Both the position numbers and the translations under genes were made by a program. 29,953 nucleotides of DNA from an uncultured Eubacteriales bacterium. Its GTDB lineage: Bacteria > Bacillota > Clostridia > Oscillospirales > Acutalibacteraceae. The notes beneath the pieces were generated by a model. That model saw only the letters and a list, made by a program, of their open reading frames with translations, was not told the origin of the DNA and did not search any database. Below, piece by piece: positions 16,458 through 25,900 of this stretch. The stretch lies in contig ONFW01000107.1 in NCBI GenBank assembly GCA_900317215.1, forward strand, positions 1-29,953, in the 5' to 3' direction. Each line of letters opens with the position of its first letter. Position 1 is the stretch's first letter.

Positions 16458-16508
16458 AGCACAATAAGCAATTATTAATAATTAATTGTAGAAATTTATC
16501 ATTTTTTA

Positions 16509-16517
16509 TGCTATAAT
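16509..16517 (+). promoter_or_regulatory. Extended -10 promoter for the GH31 gene
   Basis: TG-C-TATAAT about 33 nt upstream of the ATG at 16551. No good -35. Confidence 0.55.
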
Positions 16518-16550
16518 AACAAAAAGTTGTTTGATGAGAGGAGCATGACC

Positions 16551-18554
16551 ATGGTCAAAAAATATGTTTTTGGAGATCCGATAGACACAGGTGCAGTGAT
16601 CGGCGATATTTCCCCCTGCACCGAGGAGCTTTGCCTGCTGACACAGGAGAAGGACGAGGAGGGCAGACTGCGCTTTTTGCTCAGTCTTGATGACAGCGAT
16701 ATAGTATACGGTCTCGGAGAAGCTCCCAGAGGCATTAACAAAAGAGGACATATCTATGAGAGCTTCAACAGTGACGACCCCTATCACACCGAGGAAAAGC
16801 GCTCGCTTTACGGCTCACATAATTTCCTCATTATCAGCGGCAAAAGCTGTTTCGGTCTGTTTGTCGACACAGGCGCCTCCGTCACCTTTGATATAGGCTA
16901 TACAGATTATGACAGGCTCGTCATTTGCCCGTCCGAAAACGACCTCGTCATATATACCATAGAGGGTGAAAGTCCGCTTGATATCGTAAAGCAGCTCAGA
17001 AAAATCACAGGAAGCAGCTATATCGCTCCGAGGTGGGCATTCGGATTTCAGCAGAGCCGCTGGAGCTATTTTACCGCTGACGACGTTCGCAGGGTCGCAG
17101 AGGGCTACAGAAAAAACGACATTCCGCTCGACGCAGTATATCTCGATATCGACTATATGGAGGGCTATAAGGACTTTACCGTGAGCGAGGAGCGTTTTCC
17201 CGAATTCAAAAGCTTCGTCAGTGAAATGCGGGATATGGGCATCAGGCTGGTCCCGATCATCGATGCAGGCGTAAAGATAGAGGACGGCTACGATATCTAT
17301 GAGGAGGGTAAGGAAAAGGGCTTTTTCTGCAGAAGAAAGGACGGCAGCTTTTTTGCGGCCGGAGTATGGCCGGGCAGAACTCATTTTCCCGATTTTCTTG
17401 ATCCCGAGGCAAGAGAATGGTTTGGCAGCAAGTACAAGGTACTTCTTGATGCCGGTATCGAGGGCTTCTGGAACGACATGAACGAGCCTGCAATGTTCTA
17501 TACAGACGAGGGCATCAGCGAGGCTGCCGAATACCTTAAAAGCTTCGACTTCTCCTGCAATGACCCGAACAAATTCTTTGAGCTGAGCGGTACCGCAGGC
17601 GGGCTGAACAACCGCCGCAAGGACTACGCTGCAATTTACCACAACATCAAAGGAAGGTCCGTTTGTCACAGCAGGGTGCACAACCTTTACGGCTTCAACA
17701 TGACAAGGGCAGCCTCAGAAGCCTTTGAAAAGCTGTCTCCCGACAGGAGAGTGCTTATCTTCTCCCGCTCCTCATACATAGGAATGCATCGCTTTGGCGG
17801 CATCTGGACAGGCGATAATCAGTCGTGGTGGTCGCATATTCTTCTGAATATAAAAATGATGCCGTCGCTGAATATGTGCGGCTTCCTCTACAGCGGAGCC
17901 GATATCGGAGGCTTCGGAACTAACTGCACAAGAGATCTTCTTCTTCGCTGGCTCGCTTTCGGTATCTTCACACCTCTGATGAGGGATCACAGCGCCTTCG
18001 GGACAAGAGCTCAGGAATGTTACAGCTTTGGAGATACCGCTGCCTTCAAGGGACTGATATCCCTGCGCTACAGGCTGATACCCTATCTCTACAGCGAATA
18101 CATGAAGGCCTGTCTGCATGACGACATGATGATAAAGCCGCTCGGCTTTGAATTTTCCGACGACGAAATGGCAAGAAGGACAGAGGATCAGCTACTCATC
18201 GGAGAGAGCATTATGGTCGCGCCCATTTACGAGCAGAACGCCGCAGGAAGGTACGTTTATCTTCCTGAGGATATGCGTCTCATTATCTTTAAAAACGCCT
18301 CTGTCGAGCGCTCAGAGCTATTGTCGAAGGGTATTCATTATTTACACGCAGCTCTTGACGAGGTTCCCGTTTTCATCAGAAAGGGAAAGCTCCTCCCGCT
18401 GTTCAGGGCAGTACAGTGTACGGACGAGCTTGACACCTCTGAGCCTGAGCTTCTCAGCTATAACAGCGAACCCTGCTCCTATCTTCTCTATGAGGACGAC
18501 GGTATATCAAAAGCCGCCGATCTTCCCGAAAACTACAGAACACTCAGCATATGA
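16551..18554 (+). CDS. Glycoside hydrolase family 31 (alpha-glucosidase-like), probably cytoplasmic
   Basis: PRWAFGFQQSRWSY, IPLDAVYLDIDYM, catalytic GFWNDMNEP and WTGDN, GADIGGF, HNLYG. No signal peptide. Start set at 16551 from the spacing to SD GAGGAG (the ORF track gives 16527). Confidence 0.93.
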   Translation: MVKKYVFGDPIDTGAVIGDISPCTEELCLLTQEKDEEGRLRFLLSLDDSDIVYGLGEAPRGINKRGHIYESFNSDDPYHTEEKRSLYGSHNFLIISGKSCFGLFVDTGASVTFDIGYTDYDRLVICPSENDLVIYTIEGESPLDIVKQLRKITGSSYIAPRWAFGFQQSRWSYFTADDVRRVAEGYRKNDIPLDAVYLDIDYMEGYKDFTVSEERFPEFKSFVSEMRDMGIRLVPIIDAGVKIEDGYDIYEEGKEKGFFCRRKDGSFFAAGVWPGRTHFPDFLDPEAREWFGSKYKVLLDAGIEGFWNDMNEPAMFYTDEGISEAAEYLKSFDFSCNDPNKFFELSGTAGGLNNRRKDYAAIYHNIKGRSVCHSRVHNLYGFNMTRAASEAFEKLSPDRRVLIFSRSSYIGMHRFGGIWTGDNQSWWSHILLNIKMMPSLNMCGFLYSGADIGGFGTNCTRDLLLRWLAFGIFTPLMRDHSAFGTRAQECYSFGDTAAFKGLISLRYRLIPYLYSEYMKACLHDDMMIKPLGFEFSDDEMARRTEDQLLIGESIMVAPIYEQNAAGRYVYLPEDMRLIIFKNASVERSELLSKGIHYLHAALDEVPVFIRKGKLLPLFRAVQCTDELDTSEPELLSYNSEPCSYLLYEDDGISKAADLPENYRTLSI

Positions 18555-18579
18555 TCCTTACACTCTTTTAAAAAAGCAC

Positions 18580-18614
18580 AGGCACGGCATCCAAAACGGC
18601 TGCCGCGCCTTTTT
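18580..18614. terminator. Intrinsic terminator between the convergent GH31 and GT2 genes
   Basis: aggcacggca...tgccgcgcct followed by TTTT, with an A-run a few nt upstream. Confidence 0.65.
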
Positions 18615-18617
18615 ATA

Positions 18618-19610
18618 TCAGATCTTGTATTTCTTTTCCTTGCGAATTTTATATTTTCGTCCGGGCTGTACGATCTTGTAAGGGACCTCAGGGATATCGT
18701 CTACTGCAACATATTCGTCCGAGATTATGTAACGGTAGATATCCTTGTTTGTGTCAAGGTTATACTTCATTTTTCTGAAATCAAAATTCAGAACATGCTG
18801 TCGTATAATGGAATATATGTTGATAGCATGAGCCCTCTTTGCCATTTTGAGAATAGACAGCTTGTATCTGTCGTACTCGCCTATATTCTGAAAAAAGTTT
18901 CTCTCCGAAAGAATAGATCTCCAGTAGTCGCTTATCTTTTCTGCGTTCATTGTGCCTACTATGCTGCCGAAGCGCTTCTCGTAAAAATACAGATGTTTTG
19001 ACGTGATAGCAAGCTTGTTTGATCTATATAAAAGCCTGGCAGTTGTTGCGATATCCTCAAAATACATATACGGATATCTGATATTGTTATCCATAAAAAG
19101 GCTCGTTCTGTAAAGCTTGTTCCATGCATAGCTCTGGAACATCGTGTCCCTTATCAGATTGTTGAGAGCATCGTCCCTGTCCATAACGCCCGTTTTTGCC
19201 TTTGAGGGTCTGGGAAGCTTTATGCCTGTATTGAAGTATGAATACATATACTTGCAATATGACATATCCGCCCCCTGCTTAATACAGGCCTCATACATCT
19301 CCTTGAGAAAATCCTTATGAACATGATCGTCGCTGTCTATAAAGGAAATAAACTCTCCCCTTGCCCTTTCTATGCCGTAGTTCCTTGCATCGGAAAGTCC
19401 TCCGTTCTCCTTGTGGAATACTGCGAATCTGTCGTCTGTCTTGCAGAACTCCTCGGCTATCTCAGGGCTTCTGTCGGGTGAGCCGTCATTTATGATAAGC
19501 ACCTCAAAGTCGGTAAAGGTCTGTTCCTGAATAGATCTGAGACACCTTTTCAGGAATTTCTCCACTTTATATATTGGCACTATTACTGATATCTTAGGAG
19601 TGGTATTCAA
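18618..19610 (-). CDS. Glycosyltransferase family 2
   Basis: ISVIVPIYKVE, INDGSPD, NGGLSDARNYG, FIDSDD, AWNKLY, FEDI. TTG start after GAGGTGA. Confidence 0.93.
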   Translation of the reverse strand: MNTTPKISVIVPIYKVEKFLKRCLRSIQEQTFTDFEVLIINDGSPDRSPEIAEEFCKTDDRFAVFHKENGGLSDARNYGIERARGEFISFIDSDDHVHKDFLKEMYEACIKQGADMSYCKYMYSYFNTGIKLPRPSKAKTGVMDRDDALNNLIRDTMFQSYAWNKLYRTSLFMDNNIRYPYMYFEDIATTARLLYRSNKLAITSKHLYFYEKRFGSIVGTMNAEKISDYWRSILSERNFFQNIGEYDRYKLSILKMAKRAHAINIYSIIRQHVLNFDFRKMKYNLDTNKDIYRYIISDEYVAVDDIPEVPYKIVQPGRKYKIRKEKKYKI

Positions 19611-19625
19611 GCTATCACCTCATCG

Positions 19626-20567
19626 TCATTCTACAACGGGCTTTTCAAGGTCAAGCCCTTTAAGTCTTTCATAAGGAAGCCTCAGGCTCAGTCTTATCTT
19701 AGCCCTCGCCCTGTTTATATTCTCCCTTACAGACCTTTTGTTTTCCGGCGCACTCTGCTTTACCATAGACGGCACGGCAAAATAAACATGGAAAACATGA
19801 CCCTTCATTTTTCCCTTAAATCTTTTATATACACCCTGCTCCTCAAGGAACAGTCTTATCATCGGAACGGTATTGATATAGTCGTTCACTCTGCCCGCAG
19901 TCATCCTCACCTCGGTATACTTTGAAAAAGCCCTGGTGTAATGATAACCGCAGTAATTTACAGACGCCACCTTGTCAGCAAAGCAGAAAAGCTTTGGAAC
20001 AGCAACGGCATCCTCATAGTACATATCCGGTATGCTGATATTGTGAGCTTCAAATAGTCTGCGTCTGAACAGCTTTCCCCACAGATAGAACTTTATCCTC
20101 GTATCCTGGAGCAAAAGCCCCAGTGCTTCATCTCTTGTATACAGTCTGTCTGCTGCGGAAAGACCCTTTTTAACTGTCTCTGTGTTAAGAAAATAATAAT
20201 CATAGCCGCACACAGCGATATCGGCGTCGTTCCGGCGGGCCGCCTCATACAGCTTTTCAAGATACTGCGGCGCTATGCAGTCATCACCGTCAACAAAGGC
20301 GATATACTCGCCCCTTGCCTCTCTGATGCCGAGATTTCTTGCAGAGCCTGCCATGCCGTGAGGCATGTCCTTCACTCTGAATCTTTCATCTCTGCGCTCC
20401 GCCTCTCTTGCCTTCACGTCAGTACCGTCCGTGGAGCCGTTATTGATTATTATCACCTCAAAGCTGTCGAAGCTCTGATCCTCAATAGAGGCAAGACATT
20501 TTTCAAACATCCCGCCGCAGTTATAGGCAGGTATTATTATACTTATGCGAGGCTCTGCTCCTTTCAT
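19626..20567 (-). CDS. Glycosyltransferase family 2
   Basis: ISIIIPAYN, NNGSTDGT, ARNLG, FVDGDD, LWGKLF, YEDA. Start moved from 20666 to the ATG at 20567, which follows GGAGGTG. Confidence 0.92.
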   Translation of the reverse strand: MKGAEPRISIIIPAYNCGGMFEKCLASIEDQSFDSFEVIIINNGSTDGTDVKAREAERRDERFRVKDMPHGMAGSARNLGIREARGEYIAFVDGDDCIAPQYLEKLYEAARRNDADIAVCGYDYYFLNTETVKKGLSAADRLYTRDEALGLLLQDTRIKFYLWGKLFRRRLFEAHNISIPDMYYEDAVAVPKLFCFADKVASVNYCGYHYTRAFSKYTEVRMTAGRVNDYINTVPMIRLFLEEQGVYKRFKGKMKGHVFHVYFAVPSMVKQSAPENKRSVRENINRARAKIRLSLRLPYERLKGLDLEKPVVE

Positions 20568-20592
20568 CGTGACACCTCCGAGGGAAAGCTTA

Positions 20593-21675
20593 TTATCCGG
20601 CGGCAGATCCCGAAAGCTCCTTTTCGGAGCCGTCCCTGCCTGCCTTTTTCTTTCTGACAGCGGCAAAGGGCAGAGATATCAATATCGTCAGATAGTAGGT
20701 GATCGTCCTCCATATCAGAATGGCGGACTTTATCGTGATCTCATCAAACGTATTGCCGAAGAATGCACTGAAGCAGTATTCGGCTGCGCCCGAGCCTCCG
20801 GGCAGAGGAACCAGCCCCGACACCATGCTTACAAAAGACTGTGCGCAAAGCATATCAAACGGATAAACACCGTCCTTGCCAAAAGACTTCGCTATGCAGT
20901 ACGGGATAAGGAACAATACAGTGAGCTGTATAAAGGTGAGGACATACACCTTTACAACCAGAGCCTTGTCTTTATTGAGATCCTTATTGCAGTTATGGAA
21001 CGAGGTAAGAGTCTCATCGAGCTTTTTTATCTTTTCGTCAACATTTTTCATCAGGTGAAGCTTTGCAAGAAACCTGTAGATACCTCCGATGATCTTTGCC
21101 GTAAAACTCTTGTTAAAGGAGGCGAGCAGCAGCACAACTATCGTAAGCACCTGACCCATAAAGCCTATTATGGTCAGTATCCACATGGCAAAGTCAAGGC
21201 TTTGAACGAACATTGAGAAACGCAGCGCCATTGCCGCTATACTATAGCCGGTAAGCGTGAACTGCCAAACAAGAAATTTCTGTATAAGAGCGGCGGTGCC
21301 GTTTGCGCCCTTTACTCCCATACGAGTCATTGTAAGTATCTGCATCGGCTGTCCGCCCGATGCACCCGGAGTCACAGCGCAGTAGAACTGCCCCACCATT
21401 GATACTACGATCGCCTTCCAGACCGTAAACTCGGGGGTACTTCGTTTTACAAAAAGATATATTACCGAAGCGTCAATAGCTATATTGAGCAAATGCATTA
21501 CAAGAGCGATTATCAGCCAGATGATATCTATTTTAAGCCCGCTGTTTAGCAGGTCGATAAAGCCGTCCTCGGAAAAAACAAAGAATACTACAAGACCTAT
21601 CGTTAATCCGATAATAAACAGATTAAAGATCAGTCCCCACGGTATAGATGACCTTTTCCATTTGGATTCACTCAA
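20593..21675 (-). CDS. Lysylphosphatidylglycerol-synthase TM (UPF0104, flippase-like) membrane protein
   Basis: Multi-TM protein with VTPGASGGQP and PLPGGSGAAE...LIWR motifs. Probable TTG start at 21675 after GAGGGGTGA (the ORF track uses GTG 21684). Confidence 0.87.
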   Translation of the reverse strand: MSESKWKRSSIPWGLIFNLFIIGLTIGLVVFFVFSEDGFIDLLNSGLKIDIIWLIIALVMHLLNIAIDASVIYLFVKRSTPEFTVWKAIVVSMVGQFYCAVTPGASGGQPMQILTMTRMGVKGANGTAALIQKFLVWQFTLTGYSIAAMALRFSMFVQSLDFAMWILTIIGFMGQVLTIVVLLLASFNKSFTAKIIGGIYRFLAKLHLMKNVDEKIKKLDETLTSFHNCNKDLNKDKALVVKVYVLTFIQLTVLFLIPYCIAKSFGKDGVYPFDMLCAQSFVSMVSGLVPLPGGSGAAEYCFSAFFGNTFDEITIKSAILIWRTITYYLTILISLPFAAVRKKKAGRDGSEKELSGSAAG

Positions 21676-21734
21676 TAATATCACCCCTCTGCAGCCTCAG
21701 ATGCTGACAAAAACCGCATTTTCCCATAAACTTT

Positions 21735-21763
21735 ACTATACCATTATTTTTCGTCAAGGTCAA
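21735..21763 (-). promoter_or_regulatory. Sigma-A promoter of the flippase-GT2-GT2 operon
   Basis: Minus strand TTGACC-17 nt-TATAGT with an extended TG. Confidence 0.7.
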
Positions 21764-21886
21764 CACCATAATTATTAACAAATGAAGGCCGACACCGACT
21801 GTTTTTATATTGATACAATACAACGGTCTCGTCATTATTCTCCCTCATTATGAACTGCGGATATATATTATATGACAAATATATAC

Positions 21887-21917
21887 AAAAAGCCTGCACA
21901 GCGAACTCTATGCAGGC
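21887..21917 (-). terminator. Intrinsic terminator after the PRTase-like gene
   Basis: Stem gcctgca/tgcaggc followed by T5 on the minus strand. Confidence 0.65.
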
Positions 21918-21938
21918 CTATATTCATTTATAGTTTTC

Positions 21939-22574
21939 TCAGATAGCCGAGTAGCCGAAGCTGTTAACAAGCGCCTCTATCCTTATACCCTTGCTGCAGA
22001 TAGGACACTGATGCGGCTTATAGCTCTCATAATCGCCCAGATCATTCGGGTCGAACACCGAATTAACAGGGTGACCGTCACATTCCTTAACGGTCGCAAA
22101 TATAGCGGCGACCCCCATTACCGTTCCGCCGTAATACTGCACGGCGTCAATTGCCGCAAGTGCACTCTTGCCCGTTGTTACAGAGGCAGCAAGGATCAGA
22201 ACGTGCTTTCCGTTGAGCATCGGAACAAGATTATCCCTGAACATCATCTGTCCGCCCGAGATATACTCGGGAGAAACAACATAGATAGTCTGATGAGCAT
22301 TCATGTTGACATAATCATCCTTTGTCAGTTCCTCAGCTATACAGGTGCCCACTACCTCCATGCCGTCAATGCAGAGGATAGTATCTACTATAGTGGTCAT
22401 CTTATATTCGTCAACAAGCTCCCTCGCAACCGCCTTTGCCTCAGAAAGACGCATTTTCTGCGTGGTAACATCGATATAATAATTCGTATGGCTGTGCATG
22501 GTAGCAAAATGACCCTTACGAACCCTGAGAAATACGTCTTTATTCTTTGTTCTGATCTTAAATTCCCTTGACAT
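21939..22574 (-). CDS. Type I phosphoribosyltransferase-fold protein (resembles the clostridial family usually annotated as orotate PRTase)
   Basis: GHFAT.HSH.NYYID N-terminus. The PRPP-loop region reads VLILAASVTTGKS. C-terminal CPIC and VNSFGYS. 211 aa. Confidence 0.75.
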   Translation of the reverse strand: MSREFKIRTKNKDVFLRVRKGHFATMHSHTNYYIDVTTQKMRLSEAKAVARELVDEYKMTTIVDTILCIDGMEVVGTCIAEELTKDDYVNMNAHQTIYVVSPEYISGGQMMFRDNLVPMLNGKHVLILAASVTTGKSALAAIDAVQYYGGTVMGVAAIFATVKECDGHPVNSVFDPNDLGDYESYKPHQCPICSKGIRIEALVNSFGYSAI

Positions 22575-22614
22575 AATCTACCTCACTGTAAAATACAAAT
22601 ATACTTTGTCATTA

Positions 22615-22643
22615 ATATTACCACATTTTTTATAACAAATCAA
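22615..22643 (-). promoter_or_regulatory. Sigma-A promoter of the PRTase-like gene
   Basis: Minus strand TTGATT-17 nt-TAATAT with an extended TG. Confidence 0.65.
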
Positions 22644-22661
22644 GATTTTTTATCTATTTAC

Positions 22662-22837
22662 TGTGGAACCCCTTTTCCGATTGATGCTTCTCACCCTCAC
22701 CGAATTCGCCGTGTTCGGTCATTCGGTTTTCCTTGCGCACTGATCCTGACAGGGAGAGTCAGTATCAATGCAGGGACCATAGTGAAAGCTTGCTCACGAA
22801 GCAAAGGAAATCAACAGATGAAAATGATTGTTCCATA
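22662..22837. ncRNA. Candidate ~175-nt structured RNA (rod with central bubble); strand unresolved
   Basis: The ends pair (TGGAAC/GTTCCA, TTTTC/GAAAA, TTGAT/ATCAA, GCTTC/GAAGC). There is a long apical stem around a 7-nt loop. It is non-coding and lies between a terminator-like hairpin and a separate promoter. Confidence 0.4.
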
Positions 22838-22889
22838 TATTTTACACTATCTTTCTATTCTGCGTTTTTGTGAATAACGCAAACAACGA

Positions 22890-22916
22890 CCGCCGCACAG
22901 TCTTTCTGTACGGCGG
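22890..22916 (-). terminator. Stem-loop after the ABC permease stop (probable terminator, weak U-tract)
   Basis: Minus strand ccgccgtacag-aaaga-ctgtgcggcgg followed by tcgttgttt. Confidence 0.6.
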
Positions 22917-22922
22917 CGATCA

Positions 22923-25900
22923 TCATTCTATACTCTTGAGCGACTCGACCATGCTGATCTTGTTCATTTTGAAATACATCATGAAGTTGACTATCATGGA
23001 GAACACTATTGTCATAATAAATGCAATAAGATAGCTCAGCCAGGAGACCTCCTTTGGAAACATCACGTTGTCCATTTGTATCGACTCCACAATGAAGGTC
23101 GCAAAGACATTTCCGAGTCCCAGTCCGGCAAGACCTCCAAGTATTGTCAGCACAAGGCTCTCACGGTAGATGAAGTTAGCCGTTTCAAGGCTGTAGAAGC
23201 CGAGCACCTTTATCGTGGCTATCTCCCTCACTCTCTCTGCGATGTTTATATTGATGAGATTGTAAAGCACCACTACGGCGAGAAGACCTGAGCAGAAGAA
23301 CATTACGAAGATAACAAAATCCAGCGAGTTCATCATATCCATCATCGTGTTTATCTGCTCCACCATCGAGGTAACGGTTATTATCTCGTCCGACTTCATA
23401 TATCTGTTGGCTATCTCACGCTCAAGCTCTCTGCTATCCTCAGTGAGCCTTGTCAGAATGACATTGTATTTCAGCTCCGAGCCGGTAATTTTCTTATAGT
23501 ATTCGGGCGTCATATAGCCCAGACAGCCGGCGTAGTTCTCGGTAAAGCCCGTCACTCTGCATCTGTATTTTTCCTCATCAAGGGTTATGTCTACATAATC
23601 TCCTTCCTTAATGCCATAGACCTCTCCCGTTCTCTCGGTTATAACAATGCCCTCATCGGTAAGCGGAACTGGCTCATGTGTGACCCTGTCCCTGAGAATG
23701 AACATTTTCAGGAACTGCTCCTGATCCTCTCCTATGGTGAATCTAATCGACATGGAATTATCGTGACCTTCATGAGAGATATAGCCCCATGACATATTCG
23801 CAAGAAGAGTGTTCTCAAAATCCTCATCTGCGTGGAACTGCGACATGATATATTCCTTATCCTTTGCTGTTCCCGATTCGGAAAGAGAATATATCTGATC
23901 GTACATTGTCAGCTTGTTGAACTGCCTGTCGGCAATATCCGTGGTTGAATCCTTCAGTCCGAGAGCAGCCACCATAAGAGCTGTGCAGCCCGCAACGCCT
24001 ACTATCGTCATAAAAAATCTCGCCTTATATCTGAAAAGATTTCTCGCCGTGACCTTTGAAGTAAAGCTCAGTCCGTTCCAGAGAGGCTTTATATATTCAA
24101 GCAGTATCCTCTTGCCGGGTCTCGGAGCCTTCGGACGCATCAGAGCAGCAGGGGTCTGCCTGAGATCCTTAAAGCATGCAAATAACGAAACAAGACTTAT
24201 GCAGACTATTCCCGTTACGGACGAGATGATGTAGCTCGCCCAGTTTATCGTAAGCACTGTAGGCGGGATACTGTACATTATACCATAGGTGCTTACTATA
24301 ATATACGGCAAAGTCAATAGTCCCGCCGCACCGCCTACGATACTTCCCAGAAGAGCCGCCGTTCCTGCATAAACGATGTATTTCATTGCTATTGCAGTGT
24401 TGGAATAACCCAACGCCTTGAGCGTACCCGTCTCTGTACGATGCTCCTCAACCATTCTTGTCATGGTGGTGAAGCATACAAGACCTGCTATAAGCAGGAA
24501 AAACACGGGGAATACCTTCGATATGCTGTCTACTCTGTCCGCGTCCTCAGAAAGACCTGAATATCCGGGGTTATAGTCGCGGTCATTGACATACCACTTT
24601 GCGTTTTCCAGTGACGAAAGCTGCTCCTCGGCATCACTCAGCTTTTTCTCTGCATCGTCCAACTGAACATGAGCCTCATACCTTCCCTTGGCAAGCTCCT
24701 CCCTGCCCTGCTTGATTTTGAGCAGAGCTTCATTGCCGCCCTCGACAAGCTGCTTTTTGCCCTCTTCAAGCTTTTTTTCACCCTCGGTTATCTGGGTCTG
24801 GGCTGCCTGAAGCTCCATCATTCCCGTTGAAAGTGCGGTTTCATATTCAAGCCTTCCGTTTGCAAGCTGTCCCTCAGCGGTATCAAGCTGTGTTTTTGCC
24901 TCGTTGAGCTTTAAAGCTCCCTCGGCCTTTTTCGACATCAGCTCAGCTTTTGCAGCATCAAGCTTTTCTTTTGCATCGTTTATCTGCTTCTCTCCGTCCT
25001 CAAGAAGCTTCTTTCCTTCCTCATACTGCTGCTGATATTCAGCTATCTTCTCCTTGTATTCCGCTATCTTCTTTTTCTGCTCGCTTATCTGAGCCTTTAT
25101 CCCCTCGCCGAGTATCTCGCTTTTCCTAAGCTCGTTGAGCTTTGCTTCAGCTTTTTCAAGCAGCTCAAGAAGAATATCTGTTGCCTCCTTGAGCAGCGTG
25201 AGCTTTGTCTCAGCCTGAGGCTTTGTTGAGGAATAGAATATCTGATACTGTATATCGAACTCATTCTGTGCAGACTGCAGCTTTTTTTCAGCCTCATCTA
25301 TCTGCGTATCATATTCAAGCTTTGCCTTGTTGTACTGTGCAAGACCGTCATTATACTGTTCCTGAGCCTCGGTGAGCTTTTTTTTGCCCTCCTCTATGCC
25401 GGTCTTGTAGTCCTGCTGACCCTTTTCTAATTTTTCCCTGCCTTCGGCAAGCTCCTTTTCGCCGTCGTCGAGCTTTTTCTGTGCCTCTCCGGACTGTTCA
25501 TAGTATTCTCTTGAACCGTCGAGAAGCTTTTTTTCTCCCTTGCTTATCTCATCAAGAGCCTCTGTCTTTTTATCCTCATATTCCTTCCTTGCATCGTTCA
25601 GCTTTTTCTGAGCATCAGCAAGGGTCGTTGCCTCAAAGCGGCCCACACATTTCAGCGATAGCTTTTCTATCTCCTTCTTTTGCTCATCTACAAGCTCCTT
25701 ATATTCATCACCAAGCTCATACACCCTCCCGTCGGAAGCATTTGTCCTCACATATACTGCCGTATATCTCTCAACTGCAAACTCCTCTGGCGGTATCATC
25801 ATATAGAACGCTACTGTACCGTCTCCTATCGTGGTGTTTCCGCGCAGATAGGTCAGGTAAAGGGGAGAATCAACTATGCCAACTATCTTATATTCCGTAT

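Noticed and set aside
16815-17681. 288-aa minus-strand ORF and other antisense ORFs inside the GH31 gene
   Set aside because: Shadow of a well-supported gene, with no SD, no motifs and composition typical of antisense frames.
21851-21878. dif-like site (tgaactgcgga-tatata-ttatatgacaa)
   Set aside because: Only the central TATATA and 7 of 11 bases of the XerD arm match, and the XerC arm does not.
20545-22571. Plus-strand ORFs of 223, 97 and 186 aa
   Set aside because: Antisense to the flippase and PRTase-like genes.
22575-22840. PyrR attenuator or known riboswitch upstream of the PRTase-like gene
   Set aside because: No PyrR binding-loop motif or recognisable riboswitch core, and the gene's own promoter lies downstream of the structured element.
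24560-25700. Repetitive Lys/Glu-rich DNA in the ABC permease
   Set aside because: Explained by the coiled-coil heptads typical of this permease family. It is not a CRISPR array or DNA-level repeat.
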